Shown here: positions 48,635-57,697 of the stretch, in pieces | Layout of the letters: every line of letters begins with the position of its first letter | How positions within the stretch are numbered: position 1 is the first letter of the stretch | Source: Candidatus Magasanikiibacteriota bacterium | GTDB taxonomy: Bacteria > Patescibacteriota > Patescibacteriia > Magasanikbacterales > UBA922 | Direction: 5' to 3' | Assembly: GCA_014729395.1 (NCBI GenBank) | Contig: WJJZ01000010.1 | Coordinates: 23,901-87,900 of the forward strand | Length of the DNA: 64,000 nt | Program-made: the position numbers and the translations under genes | Notes under the pieces: generated by a model | Told to the model about the DNA's origin: nothing | Seen by the model: the letters and a program-made list of their open reading frames with translations, nothing else | Databases searched by the model: none

Positions 48635-49036
48635 TTATTTTTTTATTATATATTCAAAATCATCCCCGGACCTAAGTCTTTTATTGCTAAACATAACCAA
48701 AACCGCCGAATCTAAACCCACATTTGCAGTCGCATGAGAAACCAAGGGCGGTATGTGAATGACTTGCTTAGCCGGTAAAATATTTATATCTGTTCTTTTT
48801 TTAGTCTTAACATGTTCAAAGTATCCTTTTATGGATCCGGACTCTGCATACATCATCAAAAAAGTATCTCGATGATAATAATTTCCCGTTACCACTCCGG
48901 GCTCAATCATCAATCTGGATATATAGACACCGCCGACTTTCACGGAAGATAGAATTCTGCCACTTTTTTGTTCGTCAGGCACAAATTCAAAAACCTTTAC
49001 AAAATGACCGCCGGGAGTCTTTTTTTTAGAGGCCAT
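48635..49036 (-). CDS. Cupin-fold nucleotide-sugar isomerase/epimerase (WxcM/FdtA-like)
   Basis: PGVVTGNYYH...IPPLVSHA cupin motifs; sugar-operon context. Confidence 0.6.
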   Translation of the reverse strand: MASKKKTPGGHFVKVFEFVPDEQKSGRILSSVKVGGVYISRLMIEPGVVTGNYYHRDTFLMMYAESGSIKGYFEHVKTKKRTDINILPAKQVIHIPPLVSHATANVGLDSAVLVMFSNKRLRSGDDFEYIIKK

Positions 49037-49054
49037 ATATTTAGGTCTTAATGC

Positions 49055-49975
49055 TTATTTTTTATAAATATAATCTTTAATATCTGCCAGAGGGTATTCA
49101 TTATGAAAAGCAATTTTTTCAGGTAAATCATCCAATGGAAAATAATCAAAATCATCCATTTCCACATTTTTTATAAAATTATGTGATTTAATTTTAGCAA
49201 AATAAAATGATACAACATCTGCGGCTTTGGGATGTTTGGCCCTATCTGAATATACTTGAAACAATACACCCATTTCACTTTCTACCCCAAGCTCTTCTCT
49301 AATCTCTCTTTTTAGGCAATCTTCAATTGTTTCGCCAACATAAATATGACCACCGGGAAAATCCCAAAAACCCACATATGGAGGTTGAATTCTCCTTGCC
49401 AATAAAATTTCCTTTTTTTCGTTTAAAATAATGGCGTTAGTCGCAAATCGAGGATATTCGTTTTGAACTATATATGTATAATCTTTATTAAAATATTCAC
49501 TGTATATTCTTCTGTTGCTGGGAATTAATTGCCCTTCTTTTTTCTTTTTCAAATAAGTAAGTGCGATCAAGCCATGATTAAACGCCAGAGGGTGCTCTGC
49601 CAGTTTTTCCAATGTGAGCCATTTAAAATCACTCACTTCGGGATTGATTTTTAACTCTCCTTTTTTTATTTTAACTTCAAAAGCCACCTGAACTACAAAA
49701 AATCTTGGATCCGGAGGAGGATTCATAGACGGATCAGCAAATATATCTATTAAATTTTTAATTTCTACATCAAGTCCGGTTTCTTCTTTTACTTCACGAA
49801 GTACTGTATGTTCAATATTATTGTCACCAACCTCAACTCTCCCCCCAACCAAAGTCCAAAAACCCTTAAATGGAGACACATCTCTTTTAACCAATAAAAT
49901 CTCATCCTTTTCATTGAGAATGACAGCATCTATGCATGGAACCGGATGATCTGATTGTTCTGTATATTTATACAT
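49055..49975 (-). CDS. Tandem double Nudix hydrolase
   Basis: Two Nudix boxes: GG..EVGD....TVLREVKEETGL and GG..YVGETIEDCLKREIREELGV. Confidence 0.88.
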   Translation of the reverse strand: MYKYTEQSDHPVPCIDAVILNEKDEILLVKRDVSPFKGFWTLVGGRVEVGDNNIEHTVLREVKEETGLDVEIKNLIDIFADPSMNPPPDPRFFVVQVAFEVKIKKGELKINPEVSDFKWLTLEKLAEHPLAFNHGLIALTYLKKKKEGQLIPSNRRIYSEYFNKDYTYIVQNEYPRFATNAIILNEKKEILLARRIQPPYVGFWDFPGGHIYVGETIEDCLKREIREELGVESEMGVLFQVYSDRAKHPKAADVVSFYFAKIKSHNFIKNVEMDDFDYFPLDDLPEKIAFHNEYPLADIKDYIYKK

Positions 49976-49976
49976 A

Positions 49977-50516
49977 TTATTTACTAAGAAAATAATGCCT
50001 GGTGATAGACCATGCGGCCATGGTCTGTCCGCACCAGATATCATTGTTTATTACCATTCTGTCCACCTCTTCCGGGTACCTGCAAATCACTTCGATCTCC
50101 TCCTCATCATCAGATTCTATTTCTGTTTGATTTTCCACTTTTGCCAAAAAAATATGTGACTTATCTTTGAATAGACCGTTCGAAGCTTGAAATTCACCAA
50201 CTTTTATAAAATCAGAAGCTATATAACCGGTTTCTTCTTGTAACTCCGATGCTGCGGTTTTGACAGGACTGGAACCCTGTCTTATTCCCCCGCCCGGAAA
50301 TTCAATACTGTTTTTGCTTTCCAGATATCTATATTGCATTACTAGCACCAAACGCCCATCAGATAAGATCGGCACAACCATGGACATTCCGTTTGTTAAA
50401 CCGTAATAGTAATCACCATATTTGCCGTTCGCATATACAAGCCGATCATGCATATATTTCCACCAAGGATTCTCATCTATTATTTCTTCGCTGATTTTTT
50501 TTATCTTATTTAGCAT
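49977..50516 (-). CDS. Nudix hydrolase (ADP-ribose pyrophosphatase-like)
   Basis: QYRY, EFPGG...A.SELQEETGY. Confidence 0.88.
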   Translation of the reverse strand: MLNKIKKISEEIIDENPWWKYMHDRLVYANGKYGDYYYGLTNGMSMVVPILSDGRLVLVMQYRYLESKNSIEFPGGGIRQGSSPVKTAASELQEETGYIASDFIKVGEFQASNGLFKDKSHIFLAKVENQTEIESDDEEEIEVICRYPEEVDRMVINNDIWCGQTMAAWSITRHYFLSK

Positions 50517-50547
50517 AAATTAATAAAAATAATCCATCTAAAATGGA

Positions 50548-50958
50548 TTATTGCGCATTAAAATATTTTGCTACCTCCTCTACTGTTTCGTCACCCGGGT
50601 GGTTTACAATGGAATGCATGTTTCCACCGCCATCGTCTCGCCAGCGAGGTAAAATATGAACATGCATATGTGGTACCACTTGACCGCCGGCTGAATTTTG
50701 ATTCCAGCCGACATTGTACCCGTCGGGCTTTAATTTTTCATCTATACGCTGCATAGTTTTTTTGGTAGCAACGAATAGTAACTTTAAAGACTCATCACTT
50801 AGTCCAAAGGGATTTTTCGCATGTTCTTTGGGAATTACGACCGTATGACCTTTGCATCTGGGGTTAACATCCAAAAAAGCAAGATTATTTTCATCTTCAT
50901 ATATAATATGCGCAGGGATTTCCTTATTTATTATTTTACAAAAAATACATTCTTCCAT
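50548..50958 (-). CDS. HIT family hydrolase
   Basis: CIFCKI, GHTVVIPK, GQVVPHMHVHILPR. Confidence 0.93.
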   Translation of the reverse strand: MEECIFCKIINKEIPAHIIYEDENNLAFLDVNPRCKGHTVVIPKEHAKNPFGLSDESLKLLFVATKKTMQRIDEKLKPDGYNVGWNQNSAGGQVVPHMHVHILPRWRDDGGGNMHSIVNHPGDETVEEVAKYFNAQ

Positions 50959-50964
50959 AAGACA

Positions 50965-53220
50965 TTAAAACTTCCAAATTATTATATTTTCTTCATAAAT
51001 TGCCTCCGAACCTATTATAACATCAATTGACTGTCTTTTGTCAATTGATTTTACATATTGTGAATCCAAGACTAAAAAGCAGTTATTTTTTTGTGATATT
51101 TCCTTTGCTTTTGCCAAAAATTCTTTGTTCGGTTTATTTTTTAATTTATTAAAAATTTCCACTCTTTCGGATTGCCCAAATTGATAATCAATTGGAAAAC
51201 CACCGCCAACAATGCGCGAGCCGGAAACCCCTTCAAGAGCCAACAAAAACCAAGTATCAGCCACAACACAGACACTATTGATACTATTATTTTGGATATG
51301 CTTATTCAAAAATAATGCGGCTTCATGTTCATTTTGTGATACCACTCTCATATCCGGACCGGATGTATAACTAACAGTGGCAAAAAGCGAGGAAATTAAT
51401 AATGAAATAGTCACTATTATTTTGTGTTTATAGCTATTTTTATACAGATGCGAAGAAGATTTTAGAAGGGAAAATACAGCCGTTAATAATAAGATAATAA
51501 AAACTAAAGCCAATATATGGTCCAATCTGCGCACAAATAATCGATCCCCGGACATAAAAAACCAGCCTATTATATAGGCGCCAAAACTTAAGCAAAAAAA
51601 TGCCGATATGAAAAAATTGTGCAGTCTGTATTTTTTGACGACCAGAATATAAAAACCATAAAAAATTAACAACCAAAAAATAATCATTAGCGGAATCAAA
51701 AAATAACGCCAACTGTTAAATAAATTACTTACGAAAGCATAATCCGGTGTATGATTGTAAAAAATATTTCCAATAACAATGTCATGCGACCTGATTGCTG
51801 TTGCATAGTACCATCCGCTAAATACTCCTATGAATTTTTTAAACTGATCCATCCAATTGAAATTTAAATCAATTATACTGATCTTGCTGATAAGTTCTAT
51901 CACAGGAATGAGAGTGCCTAATAAAATCAACAAACCGATTTTAAAAGCTACAAATATATGGTCGTTCTTTATTTTATTTATTGCCTTGTAAATTAAAACC
52001 GATAACAATAGAATTACCAACAAAACCAAATGCAAGGTATAACCCAATAACAAAATAGCTGTAAGTCCAAGGCAAAAATATAATTGTCTTTTTTGTTTTT
52101 CTTGAAAATATTGAATCCAAAATATTATCGCAAGCATAAAAAAAATAAAACCCAAACTAACCGGCACTGATAAAGAACCCAAGGCCTGAAAAGTAAATAA
52201 AAATGTACTCACCCAAGCTAAAATTACACCGGCCCGCCAATTTCTGAATATTAAATGACCCAGCCTAAATAACATTAAGGGAAGAAAAAAAGACCAAAGA
52301 ATCGGCATTAACCAGCGATTAATATCTACCAAATCAATATGTAAGCTTTGAGATAATAATGAATTCGCCGACCAAAAATGTGAGTAAGCAAATTTTTGCG
52401 GTACAAAAAAAACTTCCGGTAAATCAATATTCATAACTTCGATCCAACGCGCTTCGGGACCAATTAAAACCGGAGGAACAAACTCCTCAGACAATATTGC
52501 TTTTTCCGTTCCCAACAAACGCCAAACATCTCCTCCCCAAGGCAAACTATGAGACAGAGGTAGATATGAATGCAGCAACAGACTGAAGGAAAACAAAAAA
52601 ATTAAAAGTTTTTTAATACCAGTATTTGAAAATATCAAAAGACCCAATATAAATATCAACAAAAAAAATACTACGGGGTAATATTGATTTATTGCCTGCC
52701 AAGGAGACATTAAAGCCTCATTACTTTTTGAATCGAATAACAAATAAAAACCACAAAATAAAAGTGATAAAAAAATAATTTGCAGAGGCCAAACACCACT
52801 AAAGACCTTCAGGCTGTTGTTGTCTATATGAGAAATAATTTTTTTATTCTTTATTTTTTTGTAATTTTCTATGGTCAGCAGATCGAGTAAAAAAATAAAT
52901 AAAAAAGAAATTCCAAAGCATAACCACACAATGAAGTAAGTGGATTTATAAAAGCTAACAAATATAGAAAGACAAAAAACAAGTGACGCAAAAGACAGTA
53001 AAAGCGCCAAAATTTGTTTCTCAAAATAGATTGATTTTATGTGAAAAAACTTTTGAATTACAGATTGCCAGTACAATGATGTACAAAATATATAAACTGC
53101 AAAAACCAATACACCTATATAAGCAATCTGCCAAAAAAACATATTTAAATACAAAAAAAACAAACTTAACAATAAGACTGCTGCGTAAATATATTTATTT
53201 TTTTTGTTTTTAAATGCCAT
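50965..53220 (-). CDS. Polytopic membrane protein (GT-C-like)
   Basis: Many TMs; PWGGDVW loop motif; C-terminal soluble domain; paralog of 53898-55967. Confidence 0.6.
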   Translation of the reverse strand: MAFKNKKNKYIYAAVLLLSLFFLYLNMFFWQIAYIGVLVFAVYIFCTSLYWQSVIQKFFHIKSIYFEKQILALLLSFASLVFCLSIFVSFYKSTYFIVWLCFGISFLFIFLLDLLTIENYKKIKNKKIISHIDNNSLKVFSGVWPLQIIFLSLLFCGFYLLFDSKSNEALMSPWQAINQYYPVVFFLLIFILGLLIFSNTGIKKLLIFLFSFSLLLHSYLPLSHSLPWGGDVWRLLGTEKAILSEEFVPPVLIGPEARWIEVMNIDLPEVFFVPQKFAYSHFWSANSLLSQSLHIDLVDINRWLMPILWSFFLPLMLFRLGHLIFRNWRAGVILAWVSTFLFTFQALGSLSVPVSLGFIFFMLAIIFWIQYFQEKQKRQLYFCLGLTAILLLGYTLHLVLLVILLLSVLIYKAINKIKNDHIFVAFKIGLLILLGTLIPVIELISKISIIDLNFNWMDQFKKFIGVFSGWYYATAIRSHDIVIGNIFYNHTPDYAFVSNLFNSWRYFLIPLMIIFWLLIFYGFYILVVKKYRLHNFFISAFFCLSFGAYIIGWFFMSGDRLFVRRLDHILALVFIILLLTAVFSLLKSSSHLYKNSYKHKIIVTISLLISSLFATVSYTSGPDMRVVSQNEHEAALFLNKHIQNNSINSVCVVADTWFLLALEGVSGSRIVGGGFPIDYQFGQSERVEIFNKLKNKPNKEFLAKAKEISQKNNCFLVLDSQYVKSIDKRQSIDVIIGSEAIYEENIIIWKF

Positions 53221-53833
53221 GAGCGAACAAACTAATGATGGCAAAGCCGATGGCTATACCAAAAATCCAGGCAGCAATTGTGAGTAAAAGTGGAAATTCA
53301 AGTAATAATGCCAATAAAGTAACAAAAACAGCCGTAACTTGCAAAATCATTTTTATTTTACCCCAAACATTAGCCATTCGAACCGTTTTAAACTTGTATT
53401 TGGCTACGAGAGCGGAAAAAATAAAAACTATTTCAATTATTAAAATTGTTACACCCAAGACAAAAGAAAAATTCTCAAAAACCAGAAGTATAACCATTGA
53501 ACCTACCAAAAATTTATCGGCCAACGGATCAATTAATTTACCAAATTGTGTTATTTTGTTTTTGGTTCTGGCCAAAGATCCGTCAATCGCATCAGTGCTG
53601 GCCACTAATAAAAAAAATACTATTCCAATTTTATAGCTTCCAAATACAATAATCAAAAAAACTACCGGTGTAGCAATAATTCGAAAAATACTGATTTTAT
53701 TTGGTGTTATTGACTCGGGAAAATATTGCAATAATCCTTTGTATAGCAACTTGTCATGGATATGAACCTCTTCGGCCTTCATGAATCTAAACAAATCACT
53801 ATGATTTCTTATAAATTTGTCTATATAAAACAT
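53210..53833 (-). CDS. CDP-alcohol phosphatidyltransferase (PgsA-like)
   Basis: TPNKIS.FR, TDAIDGSLAR....T.FGKLIDPLADK, GKIKM. Confidence 0.9.
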   Translation of the reverse strand: MFYIDKFIRNHSDLFRFMKAEEVHIHDKLLYKGLLQYFPESITPNKISIFRIIATPVVFLIIVFGSYKIGIVFFLLVASTDAIDGSLARTKNKITQFGKLIDPLADKFLVGSMVILLVFENFSFVLGVTILIIEIVFIFSALVAKYKFKTVRMANVWGKIKMILQVTAVFVTLLALLLEFPLLLTIAAWIFGIAIGFAIISLFAHGI

Positions 53834-53897
53834 ATCAGTCCTGATTGGATAGAAAAATTTGCCTTAATATGCTATGATTTTAGTATATTTCAAAGGC

Positions 53898-55967
53898 ATG
53901 TCTTACATAAAATATATCACAATCAATTGTATTTGCCTAGCCGGAATTGCCGTCGGTTTGTATTTTGATCAATTTACTTTGCCGGGTTTATTTTTCGCCA
54001 TTTTTTTATTGATTTTAATATCTTTTTATATAACAAAATTAAATTTCTTAAAATTGGCAAAATGGAATTTTTTTTGGACGATAACAATGATGATTTTGAT
54101 TTTAATAATCATTCACTCAACAATATATTTTTTTTATAAAAGCAATCCCTTCACAATATTTATTACTTTTTTAATCTTATCTTTTATTGGGCTATTTTTT
54201 TATCAAAAAAAATATCGATTTCATTTGACAAAACCTAAGTTTAATTTAAAAAATAAATTTAATCGTTTGGATTTATTATTTCTTTTAATCTTATTATGTC
54301 AAATCATTTTATTATATGTTCTCCAAAACAAAGCCACAACAGATGCTCTGGGATCACCATGGCCCATATTCGGTTCAAGGTTTTTTTGGTTTTACGGATT
54401 TAGTACTGCTATTTTAATTTTTTACAGTTTTGTAAAAACCAATAAATATTTATGGTTAGTATCGGTATCCATTCATTATTTAATCAGTCTGGGAATTATT
54501 ACTTTTGTATACCCGCTTGGCTGGGGATATGATCCATTTTTGCATCGAGCTGCGGAAAAGTATATTTTTGAATTTGGCGCAGCCATTCCAAAAACGCCTT
54601 TTTATATCGGTCAATATGTTATTGTCAATATTTTAGCTCACCTAACAAATCTACCAATAAAAATCATAGATATTTATTTGGTTCCCGTTCTAAGCTCGAT
54701 CTTGTTACCCATTTCCGTTTATTTTGGGACAAGATACGGCTTAAAATTAAGTGAAAAATTATCACGACTTTCGGCAATAATCATTTTGTTGTATCCGTTC
54801 AAAACAATGGTAGTTACCACGCCATATAATTTGGCAAACACTTTTACATTGACAAGCATTTTTTTGTCATTGTTAATGATTAATAATAAAAAAAATTGGA
54901 TACCGTCATTGCTATTTGCTGTGCTGGCAGTACTAACACACCCACTGGTTGGTATTTTTGCCATAATTTTATTTATACTTATCTTATTAAATAAAATCTT
55001 AATAAACAAAAAAAGAATTGTTTTATCCGTGATATCAGTAGTGTCATTTTTTATAATTCCCATTCTATTTATCATTTATGGACAAATTGGCGGAACAAAT
55101 ATTGAAATTGTATTTAATTTGGATAATTTTATAAATTTATTTCGTGAACCATACTATTTTATTAATCGCCCGGCTCATTGGATTTTGGATCTTGTTTATT
55201 TATACAGATTTTTTATTCCAGGGATAATAATAGCCTTCTCTATATCCGTGTTCATGTACAAAGAAAAAAAAGGTTTATATTTATATTTACTAATGTCTCT
55301 GATAATTTTAATAAATGTTTTTATCTTAAGCTCATTTATTAAATTTAAACAGCTAAACAGCTTTGAACAAATACAGTACTCGCAAAGACTCATCCACTCA
55401 TGTTTATTTTTTATTCTTCCGTTGTTTATTATCGGATTAATAAAAACGATCAGATTGGTCAAGAATAAAAAAAATATTTATTTTGTCACTTTGTTTGCTC
55501 TTTCGATCCCGCTTACAACTTCCCTCTACTTAAGCTACCCCCAAAAAAACCCAATTGTTCATTTTCCGGCTTACAATGTAACCGATTCTGACTATACTGC
55601 TATCGAATATATTAACAATAGCGCAGGCGATCATGACTATGTTGTGTTGTCGAATATCTTAACCGCAGCCGCAGCTATTGAAAAATATGGCTTTTCAAAT
55701 TATTTTGACACAGACAAAGGAAAATTATTTTACTATTCAATACCATCAGGAAGTCCTCTGGCGGAACTGTATTCCAAAATGCTATATAAAGGACAACAGC
55801 GCATTTATATGGAAAAAGCAATGGAGCTCACAAAAACAAATAAATCTTTTTTTGTAATGACATCTTATTGGCATAATTCAAAAGAAATTATTAATGGCGC
55901 CAAAAATACTGCGGATAGCTGGTATTCGATAGATAATAAAGTATGGGTATTTGAGTATTTTAAGTAA
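53898..55967 (+). CDS. Polytopic membrane protein (GT-C-like)
   Basis: Many TMs; GWGYDPFLH loop motif; HP motif; paralog of 50965-53220. Confidence 0.6.
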   Translation: MSYIKYITINCICLAGIAVGLYFDQFTLPGLFFAIFLLILISFYITKLNFLKLAKWNFFWTITMMILILIIIHSTIYFFYKSNPFTIFITFLILSFIGLFFYQKKYRFHLTKPKFNLKNKFNRLDLLFLLILLCQIILLYVLQNKATTDALGSPWPIFGSRFFWFYGFSTAILIFYSFVKTNKYLWLVSVSIHYLISLGIITFVYPLGWGYDPFLHRAAEKYIFEFGAAIPKTPFYIGQYVIVNILAHLTNLPIKIIDIYLVPVLSSILLPISVYFGTRYGLKLSEKLSRLSAIIILLYPFKTMVVTTPYNLANTFTLTSIFLSLLMINNKKNWIPSLLFAVLAVLTHPLVGIFAIILFILILLNKILINKKRIVLSVISVVSFFIIPILFIIYGQIGGTNIEIVFNLDNFINLFREPYYFINRPAHWILDLVYLYRFFIPGIIIAFSISVFMYKEKKGLYLYLLMSLIILINVFILSSFIKFKQLNSFEQIQYSQRLIHSCLFFILPLFIIGLIKTIRLVKNKKNIYFVTLFALSIPLTTSLYLSYPQKNPIVHFPAYNVTDSDYTAIEYINNSAGDHDYVVLSNILTAAAAIEKYGFSNYFDTDKGKLFYYSIPSGSPLAELYSKMLYKGQQRIYMEKAMELTKTNKSFFVMTSYWHNSKEIINGAKNTADSWYSIDNKVWVFEYFK

Positions 55968-56034
55968 ATATAATCTAATTAAAAAACCCACTTTTACGCA
56001 GGTTTTAAAAAAAGAACATCTATTCTTGATCGAC

Positions 56035-56721
56035 TTAGCCCCAACTTTTCCTAAGATTTGATATTATCTGTTCCTGGATAACCTTAGATAAACCTCTGCA
56101 ACCGTTGAAAGTCGCTTCTGAAATATCAGTTCCGGCAAGAGAAGCCTTTTCAAAATTAGCCTCGTCAAATCGTGTATTTACTGCGGAAACTCTTTGCAGA
56201 GTAGCAGACTTCAAATTCGCTCCAAAAAACTCACTATCATCTAAGAATGATCCATTAAAATTTGCCTCCTGAAATTGACCACCGGCCATAAAAGCATGGT
56301 AAAGCTTGGCTCTGCTAAAAATTGTATACCTACCTTGTGCTTCTACCAAACATGCGCCATACAAATTAGCGTTAGTAAAATTACATCCGGTAATCACACT
56401 GCAATAAAGATTGCAATGCCTCATATCAGCGTTAGAAAAATTAACATCCGCTAAGCTCGCATCATCAAGATGCGCTCGAACCAAGCTTGCACCCACAAAA
56501 CTACATCCATCCATCACAGTATCTTGCAGCAGAGCACCATCAAGGATTACTCCATCAAAATTTACACCCAACAACACCGTCCTTTGTAAATCCACTCCGA
56601 TTAGATCAAGTTGTCCGATGTTATTTTGTGACCTCCAATGTTCAAATTCATCCACATCACCATGCTTTAACATGGAAACGGCTAAATTTTTGACTTCTTT
56701 GGTTCTTCCGCCGTTTTTCAT
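56035..56721 (-). CDS. Pentapeptide repeat protein
   Basis: A(D/N)(L/F)xx repeats; AGGAGGT SD. Confidence 0.9.
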   Translation of the reverse strand: MKNGGRTKEVKNLAVSMLKHGDVDEFEHWRSQNNIGQLDLIGVDLQRTVLLGVNFDGVILDGALLQDTVMDGCSFVGASLVRAHLDDASLADVNFSNADMRHCNLYCSVITGCNFTNANLYGACLVEAQGRYTIFSRAKLYHAFMAGGQFQEANFNGSFLDDSEFFGANLKSATLQRVSAVNTRFDEANFEKASLAGTDISEATFNGCRGLSKVIQEQIISNLRKSWG

Positions 56722-56857
56722 TTTGCACCTCCTTTGTTTGTGAATTTATATTAATATACAAATGTAATCACTGTCAACAATAAAAAATAATTTTTTTTAA
56801 ATTTATTATTCTGAAGACAAATTTATTTGTTTAATAAAATTCACACATATTCGATTT

Positions 56858-56893
56858 AAAAAAGCCACCAACCGTTTAATAACGGTGGTGGCT
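56858..56893 (-). terminator. Intrinsic terminator
   Basis: AGCCACC-ACCGTT-N4-AACGGT-TGGTGGCT followed by TTTT on the - strand. Confidence 0.7.
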
Positions 56894-56913
56894 GTAAGTG
56901 TCAAACTGTCAAT

Positions 56914-57585
56914 TCAAGCCGCCCAGCTCTCGTTAAGAGCTTTTTGGGCGGCATGGCGGACTTCGCCACAAAGACCTACACACCCGTACAGGTTTGCCTG
57001 TTCAGGTGAAAGATCCCCCGGGTCAGACCCGGTGAAGTCAGCCCACCTCAAGTCAACATTGATAAATGTTGCAGACCCGAGGTGTGAATTGAAAAAACTT
57101 GTTGACCGGAGCGTCGTCATCACGAAATCGACGCTTTCAAGGCAAGCCCTGAAAAACTCAACTTCGATCATACTGCTCTCCTGGAATTTCGCGTGCCCCA
57201 ATAGGGCCTCTGCGAAATTGCTCCGCGAGAGTTCGCAATTTAGAAAATTGCAAAACTCCAAATTGGATTTTGACAAATTTGCATTTAGCAGGTTGCAATT
57301 CACAAAGGAACTGCCCTGCAAATTAGCACCCCCTAAATTGACACTGCGCAAGTTTACTGACTCAAAATTTAATCCGCTTAGATCAACCCACTCCAGATTG
57401 ATCCCTACGAGACAAACACTCGAAATGTCAAGGCGAAAAATTTCACCATAATCTTCCAGACTTTTTCTCCAACGGTTGAACTCCTCGACCATCCCATTCT
57501 TGAGGAAATGGAGGGCCTTTCGGGAATTCGTCCAGCGATGGATTGTAGCTATAGTGACGATAATCCAAGTTTTCAAAAGGGTCAT
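56914..57585 (-). CDS. Pentapeptide repeat protein
   Basis: Pentapeptide repeats; ATG at 57585 with AGGAGG at 57591-57596. Confidence 0.9.
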   Translation of the reverse strand: MTLLKTWIIVTIATIHRWTNSRKALHFLKNGMVEEFNRWRKSLEDYGEIFRLDISSVCLVGINLEWVDLSGLNFESVNLRSVNLGGANLQGSSFVNCNLLNANLSKSNLEFCNFLNCELSRSNFAEALLGHAKFQESSMIEVEFFRACLESVDFVMTTLRSTSFFNSHLGSATFINVDLRWADFTGSDPGDLSPEQANLYGCVGLCGEVRHAAQKALNESWAA

Positions 57586-57630
57586 GTCTTCCTCCTTGTT
57601 TTGTTGTTTTGAAATAACAAATGACTGTAA

Positions 57631-57659
57631 ATAATAGCACAAATAATGCCCATTGTCAA
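57631..57659 (-). promoter_or_regulatory. Sigma70-type promoter
   Basis: TTGACA-N17-TATTAT with extended -10 TG. Confidence 0.6.
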
Positions 57660-57697
57660 GGGATTTATCTAAATATGTTACTAAATTTAGTATAATT

